Position numbers and translations under genes: made by a program. The notes under the pieces are model-generated. The model searched no databases. It saw nothing but the letters and a program-made list of their open reading frames with translations, and was not told the DNA's origin. Below are positions 42,418 through 51,395 of a stretch of 64,000 nucleotides of DNA, piece by piece; the stretch's first letter is position 1, and each line of letters opens with the position of its first letter. This DNA comes from Myxococcota bacterium (GTDB lineage Bacteria; Myxococcota_A; UBA796; CAJQPC01). The DNA is taken from NCBI GenBank assembly GCA_036229005.1, contig JAZAMN010000047.1, positions 21,339 to 85,338 on the forward strand. Reading direction: 5' to 3'.

Positions 42418-43946
42418 TTGGCGGCCACGGGCTTGGGTTCGGTCTCTGCGCGGGAGACCTCGGGGATGAAGTGCTCCAGCACCTTGGCGGAGGAGATGAC
42501 GCCGGGAACGCCCGCGCCGGGGTGGGTGCCCGCGCCGACGAAGTAGAGGCCGTCGACGTCCTCGCTGCGGTTGTGGTAGCGGAACCAGGCGGACTGCCGG
42601 AAGATGGGCTCGGGGCCGAAGGCGGCGCCGCTCATGCTCTGGTAGCGGTCCTGAAAAGTGCGCGGGTCGATGAACTTCCGGGTCACGATGTGCTCGCGCA
42701 GGCCGGGCATCATGCGCTCCTCCAGGTGGCCCAGGATGCGGTCCATGTACTCCTCAGCCAGCTCTTCCCAGTCCTGTCCGCCCTCCAGGTTGGGGACGGG
42801 GGAGAGGACATAGAAGGCGTCCTTGCCCTCGGGGGCCATCGTCGGGTCCGTGGTGGCTGGCCGGTGCAGGTAGAGGGAGAAGTCCTCGGCGAGCACCTTC
42901 TTGTTGAAAATGTCGTCCAGCAGGCCCTTGTAGCGGGGGCCGAGCACGATGGTGTGGTGGGCGAGCTCCGGGTAGGCCTTGTCGGTACCGAAGTAGGCCA
43001 CGAACAGGCTCATGGACTGCTTGACCGTCTTGACCCGCCAGTCGGGGTGCCAGCTCCGGTGCTGCTTGTCGATGAGCTTGGAGTAGACGGTGGAGGGGTC
43101 CGCGTTCGCGACGACGATGTCGGCCTTGTGCAGACGCAGTGCCTCGCCGACGCGCACACCCTTGACCCGGCCCTGCTCGATCTCCAGCTTCTTGATCGGT
43201 GAGTTCAGGTGCAGCCGGCCCCCCTCCTCCTCGAAGAGCTTGACCATCGCCTGGACCAGGGCCCCGGTGCCGCCCTTGGCGAACCACACGCCCCACTTGC
43301 GCTCCAGCCAGTGGATCAGCATGTAGATGGAGGTGGTCTGGAAGGGGTTGCCGCCCACCAGCAGGGGCTGGAAGGTGAAGGCCTGCTGCAGGCGGGGGTC
43401 CTCGATGTAGTCGGCGACGAGCTGCGAGACGGTCTTGTAGTTCTTGAGCTGCAGCAGGTCGGGGATGACCCGCAGCATGTCGGTCACCCGGTCAAAGGGC
43501 GTGTCCGCGAGCTGGGTGTAGCCGATGTCGAAGATGCGCTTGGCGTGGGCGGCGAGCTTCTTGTAGCCCTCGACGTCGGCCGGGTTCATCTCCTGGATCT
43601 GGGCCAGGATGCGCTCCTCGTCGCCCACGTAGTCAAAGGTGCTGCCGTCCCAGAACTCCACCCGGTAGAAGGGGTCCACGGGGAGCAGCTCCACGTAGTC
43701 CTCGCGGGACTTGCCGAAGAGCTCGAAGAGCTCGTCCAGCAGGTAGGGGGCGGTGATGACGGTGGGGCCGGCGTCGAAGAAGAAGCCGTCCTGGCGGTAC
43801 ACGGAGGCGCGGCCGCCGGGCTGCTCGTTGGCCTCGAAGATCTCGACGTCGTAGCCGCGGGCCAGCAGGCGGAGCGCGGCGGCGAGGCCTCCGAAGCCCG
43901 CGCCGATGACGATGGCCTTGTTGCCAGGGGTGTTCGAGGTGCTCAT
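42414..43946 (-). CDS. crtI: phytoene desaturase
   Basis: GAGFGGLA, FDAGPTVITAP, LLVGGNPF, YFVGAGTHPGAGVPGV. Confidence 0.97.
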   Translation of the reverse strand: MSTSNTPGNKAIVIGAGFGGLAAALRLLARGYDVEIFEANEQPGGRASVYRQDGFFFDAGPTVITAPYLLDELFELFGKSREDYVELLPVDPFYRVEFWDGSTFDYVGDEERILAQIQEMNPADVEGYKKLAAHAKRIFDIGYTQLADTPFDRVTDMLRVIPDLLQLKNYKTVSQLVADYIEDPRLQQAFTFQPLLVGGNPFQTTSIYMLIHWLERKWGVWFAKGGTGALVQAMVKLFEEEGGRLHLNSPIKKLEIEQGRVKGVRVGEALRLHKADIVVANADPSTVYSKLIDKQHRSWHPDWRVKTVKQSMSLFVAYFGTDKAYPELAHHTIVLGPRYKGLLDDIFNKKVLAEDFSLYLHRPATTDPTMAPEGKDAFYVLSPVPNLEGGQDWEELAEEYMDRILGHLEERMMPGLREHIVTRKFIDPRTFQDRYQSMSGAAFGPEPIFRQSAWFRYHNRSEDVDGLYFVGAGTHPGAGVPGVISSAKVLEHFIPEVSRAETEPKPVAAK

Positions 43947-44902
43947 CGCAGGGTCTCCAGGTCACGGGTACAACGCAAGGCGAGGGCCTGGGCGATGCGC
44001 CGCAGGCCTTCGGGGAGGGTGGGGTCATCGAGGGCGTCGCGGCGCTGGGCGATGTCCTCCATCAAGCTGTCGACGGCGCCGCTCTGCTTGAAGCGCTGGG
44101 AGGCGCGTTCGATGTCCTCGGCGCGGGTCTCGTCGCGGGGCGCGGCCAGCACGGCGCGCAGCCAGTCGCGGTCGGCCGGGGCGAGCTCCAGGTGGCGGAT
44201 CACCAGCGCGCTCACCTTGCCCTCGCGCAGATCGCAGCCCCGCTCATCGCGGCCCTTCTCGCCGTAGAGGTCCACCAGGTCGTCGACGAGCTGGTAGAGC
44301 GCCCCCGCCTCGGCGAAGTGCTCCCCGAGGGCGGCGGCGTCGGCGCGACCTGCGAGGATGGCGGCGCCCTCGACGGGGAGGGCCAAGAGCTGCCCGGACT
44401 TGCCGATGGCCGCCTGGATCCAGTCCTCCATGCGCCACACGCGCTGCTCGGGGAGGTCCAGATCCAGGGCCTGCCCTTGCACGCAGAGGACCGCGCGGCG
44501 GGCGAGAACCTCGCTGAGGGCGGCGCTCTGCTCGGGGGTGGCGGGCTGCTGGGCGACGGCCATGAAGGGCAGCATCAGCAGCAAGTCGCCGGTGTTGATG
44601 GCCTGCGCCATGCCGTGCTGCGCCCAGACGGTGGGGTGGCCGCGGCGCACCCGGTCGCCGTCCTGCAGGTCGTCGTGGACCAGGGTGGCGTTGTGCAGCA
44701 GCTCACAGGCCGCGGCCCAGGGGACGGCGTTTTGGACCTCGAGGGCCTCCGCGGCGCCCAGAGCGAGCTTGGCGCGGGTGCGCCGTCCGCCGGAGCGCAG
44801 GTGCTCCCGGGCCATGGGGGAGAGGGGCCCCAGACCGCAGAGGCGGTGCATCAAGGCCTCGACGGCCTGCAGGGGACTGAGGGTCGTCTCGGTGAGGGTC
44901 AT
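43943..44902 (-). CDS. crtE: polyprenyl (geranylgeranyl) diphosphate synthase
   Basis: GGRRTR, LHNATLVHDDLQDGD..RRG, YQLVDDLVD; ATGA coupling. Confidence 0.88.
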   Translation of the reverse strand: MTLTETTLSPLQAVEALMHRLCGLGPLSPMAREHLRSGGRRTRAKLALGAAEALEVQNAVPWAAACELLHNATLVHDDLQDGDRVRRGHPTVWAQHGMAQAINTGDLLLMLPFMAVAQQPATPEQSAALSEVLARRAVLCVQGQALDLDLPEQRVWRMEDWIQAAIGKSGQLLALPVEGAAILAGRADAAALGEHFAEAGALYQLVDDLVDLYGEKGRDERGCDLREGKVSALVIRHLELAPADRDWLRAVLAAPRDETRAEDIERASQRFKQSGAVDSLMEDIAQRRDALDDPTLPEGLRRIAQALALRCTRDLETLR

Positions 44903-46032
44903 GCGGCTCCCAGAAAGCCGGACACCAGGGTCCAACGCATGGAGAGGTCGGCCTGTCCGAAGAGCCGCAACATCGGCTCCACCGGCGAGGCCACCGGGTT
45001 GAGGTAGCGGGACCACAGGGGCCCCGGGAGCTCGAAGAACTGCCCAAAGAAGCGCTGCAGGCCCGGTCCGTCCAGGGACAGCAGAGTGCGGGCGCCCCAG
45101 GCGTGCAGACGGCGGCCGCGGCGGGCGTCCTCCGGCCAGATCAGCTCCCAGGCCTCCGCGCTGATCTGCTCGGGCTTGCCGGGCTGCGCGAGGACCTTGG
45201 CCAGGGCGGGGGCCAGGCGGAGGGAGGTCGCGACGGAGTAGCCGGTCGCGGGGTGTACAAAGCCGGCTGCCGCGCCGAACCCGACGGCGCGCTGGGGCGC
45301 AGGCAGAGGCGTGCCCATGGGGATGTACACGTGCTCGTTCTCGCTGCGCAGGCCCTGCAGGCCCAGGGACGCAAGGCGCCTCTCCAGCCGCGCCTTGAGC
45401 AGCGGCAGGGGGAGGGGATCCCGCGCGATCAGCGAGGTCTCCTCGACGAACACCGCGTCTTCGCTCAAGGGGAGCACGTAGGCGAAGGTCGGGTGCTCGG
45501 CGGCGGCGTCCCGGAAGTCCATGAAGCTGGCGGTGCCGGGGTCCATCCCGTGCTTGCAGTGGATCACGCAGCCCCAGGCGCTCTGCACGCCGGAGGGGGG
45601 CTTCCGCGGGACCCGCAGGAGGACCGGGTCGCTCCCCGAGGCGTCCACGACCAGCCGCGCCCGGTGGGTGCCGACCAGGCTGGTCTCGCTGCCATGCACC
45701 ACCTCGGTGGCCGCCTCCTCAGCGAAGCGCAGGCCCTCGCTGAGCTGGGCCTGCAGGCTCAGGTTGTCGAGCTGTACATAGCTGCGGTCCAAGAAGCGCT
45801 CGCCGGGCAGGTAGACCCGGCTCCGGGCCCAGCGGCGGGCGAAGGGGAGGCCCTCCGGGAGCTCCGTCTCGAAGGCACAGAGGCGCTGGGTCCAGGGCTT
45901 CCGCGGGGTCGGGGCGATACAGAGGACGTCCATGCCCTCCTGGCGCGCAGCCTGGGCGACGGCCAGCCCTGCGGGGCCACTGCCGACGACGATGAGGTCA
46001 TGGAACTTCTTGGGCATGTACATGTTGTACAT
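44899..46032 (-). CDS. crtY: lycopene cyclase (CrtL/CrtY family); true start may be 46023 or 46017
   Basis: VGSGPAG, FMDFR, FVEETSL, IPMG, GAAAGFVHPATGYS. Confidence 0.88.
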   Translation of the reverse strand: MYNMYMPKKFHDLIVVGSGPAGLAVAQAARQEGMDVLCIAPTPRKPWTQRLCAFETELPEGLPFARRWARSRVYLPGERFLDRSYVQLDNLSLQAQLSEGLRFAEEAATEVVHGSETSLVGTHRARLVVDASGSDPVLLRVPRKPPSGVQSAWGCVIHCKHGMDPGTASFMDFRDAAAEHPTFAYVLPLSEDAVFVEETSLIARDPLPLPLLKARLERRLASLGLQGLRSENEHVYIPMGTPLPAPQRAVGFGAAAGFVHPATGYSVATSLRLAPALAKVLAQPGKPEQISAEAWELIWPEDARRGRRLHAWGARTLLSLDGPGLQRFFGQFFELPGPLWSRYLNPVASPVEPMLRLFGQADLSMRWTLVSGFLGAA

Positions 46033-46042
46033 GGTATGTACG
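46017..46042 (-). promoter_or_regulatory. putative CarH operator overlapping the crt operon -10 element
   Basis: Three TGTAC(A/G) repeats at 46017, 46026, 46037; minus strand TTGCAC-N16-TACCAT promoter-like pair. Confidence 0.5.
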
Positions 46043-46100
46043 GGCCCGGCAAGTGCAAGCGAAAAGTTGATCCAACGCCCCCCAGCCCTGGCGGACTCCG

Positions 46101-47099
46101 GTGCTCGACCTCCTCAAGACCGATGACCTCATCCCTGCGCAGATTCTCGGTCAAAGCGGGGCATTCGTCTGGTGGTATCTGGACCTCGTGGACCACTCCG
46201 GGGACGGTCTGGTGCTGATCTGGTCCTTCGGGCTGCCCTTCCTCCCGGCCCCCGGTCTGCCCCGGGAGCGGCCGGGGCTGGCCCTGAGTGTGTACAAGGA
46301 TGGACAGGTGGAGTACCAGCTCGTGACGGAGCTGCCGGACGGTGAGATCCTGCCCGAGGGCTGGCGCCTGGGGGACTGCTGGATCACCCAGAGCACCGGC
46401 CCTGGCGGCAGCGCGTTCTCGGCGGAGCTCCAGCTCCCCACCCCCCACGGGCGGCTGACCGGACGGATCCTGGGGCACAACCCGGCCCTCGCCATCCCTG
46501 GGTCCACCACAAAGGCTGTACATGGCTGGGGACCTCTGGGAGGTCTTGGCGCCGGCGAGGCCAGGCTGAGGGTGGGGGACTGGAGCGCGGAGTTGAAGGG
46601 CGCCCTGTACAGGGACCGCAACTACAGCCTGCAGCCGCTGGACGGGCTGGGCATCGACTCCTGGGTCTGGGGGCGCGCCGCCCACAAGGGGCAGCTCGTC
46701 ATCTGGTACCTGGTCGAGGGCACGCACCCCGTCAGCAAGGTGTTCCTCGAGCGGGACGGGCAGCTCCTGCAGTTGGAGGCGCGGGTGGAGGCGCAGGGGT
46801 GGACCCGGGATCGCTATGGGCGCCGCTGGGCCCGTCAGCTCACCCTGCAGACAGACGAGGGCCCCTGGGTGGTCGAACAGGGGGCGCCCGTGGACCGCAG
46901 CCCCTTCTACTTGCGACACCCGGTGACCTTGGAGCACGCTGGGGAGCGCAGCGCCGGCTGGGGTGAGCTGGTGGTCCCCGACCGCCTGGACAGACCCTGG
47001 ATGCGGCCCTTCGTCAACATGCGCATCCAGCGCATGGGCAGCAACTCGCCGCTGCTACCCTATTTCACCGGCCCCAAGCCCCCCCTGAGGTGGATTTGA
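46101..47099 (+). CDS. carotenoid 1,2-hydratase (CrtC)-like / lipocalin-like protein
   Basis: FVWWYLD, W.WGR, SPFY.R, ELVVPDRL..PWM...V.MR motifs; divergent from the crt operon. Confidence 0.65.
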   Translation: MLDLLKTDDLIPAQILGQSGAFVWWYLDLVDHSGDGLVLIWSFGLPFLPAPGLPRERPGLALSVYKDGQVEYQLVTELPDGEILPEGWRLGDCWITQSTGPGGSAFSAELQLPTPHGRLTGRILGHNPALAIPGSTTKAVHGWGPLGGLGAGEARLRVGDWSAELKGALYRDRNYSLQPLDGLGIDSWVWGRAAHKGQLVIWYLVEGTHPVSKVFLERDGQLLQLEARVEAQGWTRDRYGRRWARQLTLQTDEGPWVVEQGAPVDRSPFYLRHPVTLEHAGERSAGWGELVVPDRLDRPWMRPFVNMRIQRMGSNSPLLPYFTGPKPPLRWI

Positions 47100-47701
47100 T
47101 GACCTACCTGCTCACCCTCCGGATGGCGACGGTCGCCTACGTCCCCATCATCGGGCAGGTGCGCTCGGTGACCGAGTCGCGGGCCATCCTGGAGGTGGAG
47201 GAGGGGGTGGCCACGCACAAGACCTGTGCGGTCCACGTGGACGCGGAGATGGGCAAGACCCGGCTCTCCGAGGGCTTCCTGGGGGCGCTCCCAGAGCTGC
47301 AGTACCCCTTCGAGCCCGAAGGCAAGAGCCTGGAGTTGGACATGGGGGAGGTGGCCGTGGGCTACGACCCGGAGCTTGGCTTCCCCAACCACCTGGGGCA
47401 CCCCGGGGTCCTGGACTCGGACCAGGACGAGGCCCCGGGGGTCTCCATCATCCTGGAGATCCCGCTGCTGGGCCAGGTCACCCTGCTGGTCGCTCAGCGC
47501 ACCCGCTCGACGCTGCGAGGGGTGGAGGTGGAGCCCGGTGTGTGGCGGGGGCAGACCTCGTTCGCGGACTTCGAGCAGGTGCTCCTGGGCTCCGACCACA
47601 AGCTGCTGAGCGAGCCCCCGCCGCTCACGCCCACCCTGGGCGACTTCATCCTGCGGGAGCTGCCTGGCCCCCTGAGCTGCGACGAGCTGCTGGCCCGCTG
47701 A
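47099..47701 (+). CDS. hypothetical protein
   Basis: TGATG coupling; D.D.DEAPGVS Ca-binding-like motif. Confidence 0.65.
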   Translation: MTYLLTLRMATVAYVPIIGQVRSVTESRAILEVEEGVATHKTCAVHVDAEMGKTRLSEGFLGALPELQYPFEPEGKSLELDMGEVAVGYDPELGFPNHLGHPGVLDSDQDEAPGVSIILEIPLLGQVTLLVAQRTRSTLRGVEVEPGVWRGQTSFADFEQVLLGSDHKLLSEPPPLTPTLGDFILRELPGPLSCDELLAR

Positions 47702-47772
47702 GGCACAAAAGAAGCCTCCTGCAGGGGAGGCTCAGCACCAAGAGGGCCCGTACCCAAAAGGCCCAGAGCAGA

Positions 47773-47797
47773 AGAGCCCCGGCGATGCCGGGGCTCT
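47773..47797 (-). terminator. stem-loop downstream of the RRM gene
   Basis: AGAGCCCCGGC-GAT-GCCGGGGCTCT. Confidence 0.6.
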
Positions 47798-47813
47798 CTG
47801 CCAGTAGGATGGA

Positions 47814-48269
47814 CTACCAGCGGCCGCCGCCGCCGTAGCCGCCGCCACCGTCACGGCCACCGCCGCCACCGTAGCCGCCGCCGTCACGACCGCCGCCGCC
47901 GCCGTAGCCGCCGCGACCACCGCCGCCGCCGTAGCCGCCGCGACCACCGCCGCCGCCGCCGTAGCCGCCGCGACCACCGCCGTGACCACCACGACCGCCG
48001 CCACGACCACCGCGACCGCCACCGCCACGACGCTCCTCAGCCTCGTTCACGCGGATGCTGCGACCGTCCAGGTCAGCGCCGTTCATGGCCTCGATGGCCT
48101 CCGCACCACCCTCTTCCATGGTCACGAAACCGAAGCCGCGGCTGCGGCCGGTGTCGCGCTCGAGGATGACCTTTGCTTCGGTCACGGGACCGAACTTCTC
48201 GAAAGCCTCACGGAGGGTCTCGTCGGTGGTTGCCCAGGCCAGGCCGCCACAAAACAGCTTCATGCTCAT
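47814..48269 (-). CDS. RRM (RNP-1) RNA-binding protein with glycine-rich RGG tail
   Basis: LFCGGL (RNP2), RGFGFVTM (RNP1), GGRGGYGG repeats. Confidence 0.95.
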   Translation of the reverse strand: MSMKLFCGGLAWATTDETLREAFEKFGPVTEAKVILERDTGRSRGFGFVTMEEGGAEAIEAMNGADLDGRSIRVNEAEERRGGGGRGGRGGGRGGHGGGRGGYGGGGGGRGGYGGGGGRGGYGGGGGRDGGGYGGGGGRDGGGGYGGGGRW

Positions 48270-48433
48270 CTCTACTCGTCTCTTTTGTCCCCCTCAGCGG
48301 GGGACATTACTCGCGGCAGCGGATCTGCCGTCTGCTGGCTGTCGTGCTTCCGCTCTCGCAGTTGCGCGCGGAGGGTCCGCCGACTTGGACCATCCACGGT
48401 CCGCCGTGTACCCTCTACAGGGGAGGGCCTCCC

Positions 48434-50062
48434 GTGTCCAGCATTCTGACAAGCATCTTGCTTCTCGCCTGCGCTCCGGATTCGAGCGTGGAACCCGCCG
48501 TCTCGGTGCAGGAGGCGAGTCTGCGCAGCGCGCCGTTCACCTCTGTGGCGGGAGGCTTTCAGTCGCTGCGCGATCCGGTCCTGTTGGCCCTGCAGCCTCA
48601 GGAGGACGCGGCGGGCAACACACCGCTGGGCGGCGCCGTGGTGGATCTCGACGCGGATGGCTGGCTGGACGTGGTCGGTCTGTCCTCGACTGCGGGGCCG
48701 ATGCTTTGGTTTGCCGGGAGCTATGGGGCGCTGGAGGTGGGCCGGGATCTCGGGGTGGACTTTGAGCCCCTCGGCTCCGTCTCCTCCATCCATAGCTGCG
48801 ATCTGGACGCTGACTGGGGGCCCGAGCTGATCCTGGCGGGGGTCGAGGGCCTGGGGATCTACAGCATGGACGCCGCCGGCGCGCTGGAGGCCTGGGAGCA
48901 CGGCATCGACTGGGTGGCGGGGGACACGCACCTGCACGTTGCCTGCCGGGACCTGGACCTGGATGGAGACCTGGACCTGTGGTTCACGGGCTTCGGCGAA
49001 CAGTACGGCTTCTACGAGCCGGACGGGTCGGGGGGGCTGCTGCCCAACGTGAGCGGGGCCTACAACCAGCTCTGGCTTGGGGACGGGAAGGGGGGCTTCA
49101 CCGCCGCCGAGGGGGCCCTCACCGCCGACCGGGGCGCGACGATGCACAGCCTCTGGTTCTGGCTGGATGGGTCGCCGGTGCTGCTGGAGAGCGTCGACCA
49201 CGTCTACAGCCCGGGCAGCCACCCGGACAACAGACCCACGCGCCTCTATGGCTGGGATGGTGAGCAGTGGGTGCTCGAGCGGGAGCTGGGGCCGCAGGTG
49301 GTCGCGCCGATGGGGGCCGCGATGTTGGAGTGGGACGGGCGGCAGGTGCTGGTCCAGAGCGAGATCGGGCAGCCCTCGGTGGAGGCGGTGACCAGCGCGG
49401 GGGGCGCCATCCAGAGCTACGCGGCCGGTGCCGTGCTGGGGTGCATGGCCGATGTGGAGAGCGATGCGGTCTCCGGGGTGAACTGGAGCGTGCTGGCGGT
49501 GGATCTGGCAGGGAGCGGCGCCCCACAGGATCTGCTCCTGAGCACCGGAAACCTGAGCGCGCTGGAGTTCGATCTGGGCGGCATCCAGCAGTCGGATCAG
49601 CGCAGCCGGCTCTACCGAGGGGAGGACTGCGCAGTCAGCGACTTCGACGCGCTCCATGGGGAGCCGTCCGAGGCCGAGAGTCGGGGGATGGCGCGGGGCG
49701 ATCTGAACAACGACGGGATCCCGGACGTGGTCGTGTTCAACACCAACGAGCCGCCCTACGTGCTCTACGGAGAGGGGACGGAGGCGAGCCGGCTGGTGGT
49801 TGAGCTGGAGGATCTGCGGTCCAACAACCGACAGGGAGTCGGCGCGCGCGTCTCGGTGTTCCTGCCCACCGGCGAGGTCATCGAGTCGACGCTGGATCCC
49901 TCCGGAGTGGGCAGCTACTCGGCGAGCCAGCCGGCCCTGTTCATGGGGATGGGCGCGCACGAGGAGATCGAGAAGATCGAGGTCTCCTGGGCCGACGGCG
50001 GGGGGGACTGCTTTGAGGGGCCCTTCCCAGCGCACGCCCGCCTCAAGCTGATGCGGCTCTGA
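48434..50062 (+). CDS. CRTAC1/ASPIC-UnbV family FG-GAP lipoprotein
   Basis: LLLAC; DLDADG/DLDLDGDLD repeats; SRGMARGDLNNDG.PD; NRQGVGARV, SYSAS...L.MG.G. Confidence 0.85.
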   Translation: MSSILTSILLLACAPDSSVEPAVSVQEASLRSAPFTSVAGGFQSLRDPVLLALQPQEDAAGNTPLGGAVVDLDADGWLDVVGLSSTAGPMLWFAGSYGALEVGRDLGVDFEPLGSVSSIHSCDLDADWGPELILAGVEGLGIYSMDAAGALEAWEHGIDWVAGDTHLHVACRDLDLDGDLDLWFTGFGEQYGFYEPDGSGGLLPNVSGAYNQLWLGDGKGGFTAAEGALTADRGATMHSLWFWLDGSPVLLESVDHVYSPGSHPDNRPTRLYGWDGEQWVLERELGPQVVAPMGAAMLEWDGRQVLVQSEIGQPSVEAVTSAGGAIQSYAAGAVLGCMADVESDAVSGVNWSVLAVDLAGSGAPQDLLLSTGNLSALEFDLGGIQQSDQRSRLYRGEDCAVSDFDALHGEPSEAESRGMARGDLNNDGIPDVVVFNTNEPPYVLYGEGTEASRLVVELEDLRSNNRQGVGARVSVFLPTGEVIESTLDPSGVGSYSASQPALFMGMGAHEEIEKIEVSWADGGGDCFEGPFPAHARLKLMRL

Positions 50063-50103
50063 GCCTGGCGGGCCGCGGACCGGGCTGCTGAGGGGGCGCC
50101 GGC

Positions 50104-50958
50104 CTAAGGAGCGGCGCGCAAGAGCCCGGCGGCGACGAGCTGGCTGCCCCACTCCCCCTCGGGGGACCACCAGGCCGCGAGCAGCGCGTCGTCCCCGTGC
50201 AGACCGAGGCCGGCGGCGGTGGCCAGGGCGCGGATGGCCGCCCGGCGCTCCGGATCGTCGCTGGCCTCGGCGCCATCGCAGAAGACCTCGCAGACGCCAT
50301 CGGTGGGGCCCTCGAAGTCGCAGTGGTCGGCCCCGGTGGCGATGAGCTGCCGGGGGAACATGGCCAGCCCGTTGGACTCGGCGTTGCAGGCCCCGGGCTC
50401 ACCGAAGAGCCCCAGCGAGGGCAGGGTGAGGCCGGCTGAGGCGCCGGCTCCGTCGTTGTCCACGGGGTCCAGCCCCACCACTCCGACCGCGCCGCTGTCC
50501 TGGGCGCCCGCGAGCACGGAGGCGAGCCCGCCCGCCGAGTAGCCCATGTAGACCACCGGTCTGCCCAGGGTGTCGGCCGCCGCCACAAGGTCCGCGCCGT
50601 TGGCCGCGTGGTCGGAGAACGCGCAGAGGTCCGGCGTGTAGACCTCCAGGCCCCAGGAGGCCAGGTGCTCGGCGATCTCGGCCATGTTCTCCTTGGAGCG
50701 CGCGAAGCCGTGGGAGAGCAGCACCACGGGGGGCTCGCTGACCCCGGCGGGCCAATGGCGGGTGGTCTCCGCCTCGCAGCTCAGCGACCAGGTCAAGGCC
50801 TCCGAGTTGACGGCATAGGGGCCCGCCTGGCGCAGATCCGTCTGGACGCCGGCCCCGGTGTCGTCGGTGTTGGACGCGCTGTCGGCGGAACCGCTGTCCT
50901 CGCCGCCCTGCGTTGTCCCGCTGATCTCTCCGGTGCACGCCAAGAGCAACCAGAACAC
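50104..50958 (-). CDS. alpha/beta hydrolase lipoprotein (chlorophyllase-like)
   Basis: MFWLLLAC; HGF, HLASWG, GYSAGG, LDPVD, GADHCDF. Confidence 0.85.
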   Translation of the reverse strand: MFWLLLACTGEISGTTQGGEDSGSADSASNTDDTGAGVQTDLRQAGPYAVNSEALTWSLSCEAETTRHWPAGVSEPPVVLLSHGFARSKENMAEIAEHLASWGLEVYTPDLCAFSDHAANGADLVAAADTLGRPVVYMGYSAGGLASVLAGAQDSGAVGVVGLDPVDNDGAGASAGLTLPSLGLFGEPGACNAESNGLAMFPRQLIATGADHCDFEGPTDGVCEVFCDGAEASDDPERRAAIRALATAAGLGLHGDDALLAAWWSPEGEWGSQLVAAGLLRAAP

Positions 50959-51035
50959 GTCGACCTCCTGCAGCCGACATAGCCCCTTGGGCCCTCGGAT
51001 TGCAGCGGATTAGGGGGCCCACCAAGGAGTCCCCC

Positions 51036-51395
51036 ATGTCCGTCCCTCCCTCTCCGATCCAGGCCCTGGCCCAGCGGCAGCTCGACGCCTACAACCGCGG
51101 CGACCTGGACGCGTTCTGCGCCTGCTACCACCCCCAGGTGCAGGTCCTGGAGGCCGACGGGAGCGTCGACATCGAAGGCATGGAGGACTTCCGCCCCCGC
51201 TACGCGGGCCTGTGGACCGACTACCGCGAGGTCAAGGCCAGCGTGCCCCAGCGCCTGGCCCACGGAGCGCACTGCGTGGACCTGGAGCACTGGAGCCGCG
51301 TGGAGGCCGAGACCGGAGAGCGGCAGGGGGGCACCGTGCTCGTGCGCTACACCCTGCGGGAGGGGCTGATCGGCACGGTGCAGTTCCTGGACTGA
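51036..51395 (+). CDS. NTF2/SnoaL-like protein
   Basis: QRQLDAYNRGDLDAF..CY, VDLE, Y....GLI..V.F; AAGGAG RBS. Confidence 0.88.
   Translation: MSVPPSPIQALAQRQLDAYNRGDLDAFCACYHPQVQVLEADGSVDIEGMEDFRPRYAGLWTDYREVKASVPQRLAHGAHCVDLEHWSRVEAETGERQGGTVLVRYTLREGLIGTVQFLD

Noticed and set aside
40766..47701. Rhodopsin/retinal phototrophy module
   Set aside because: No opsin or blh gene is present in the window
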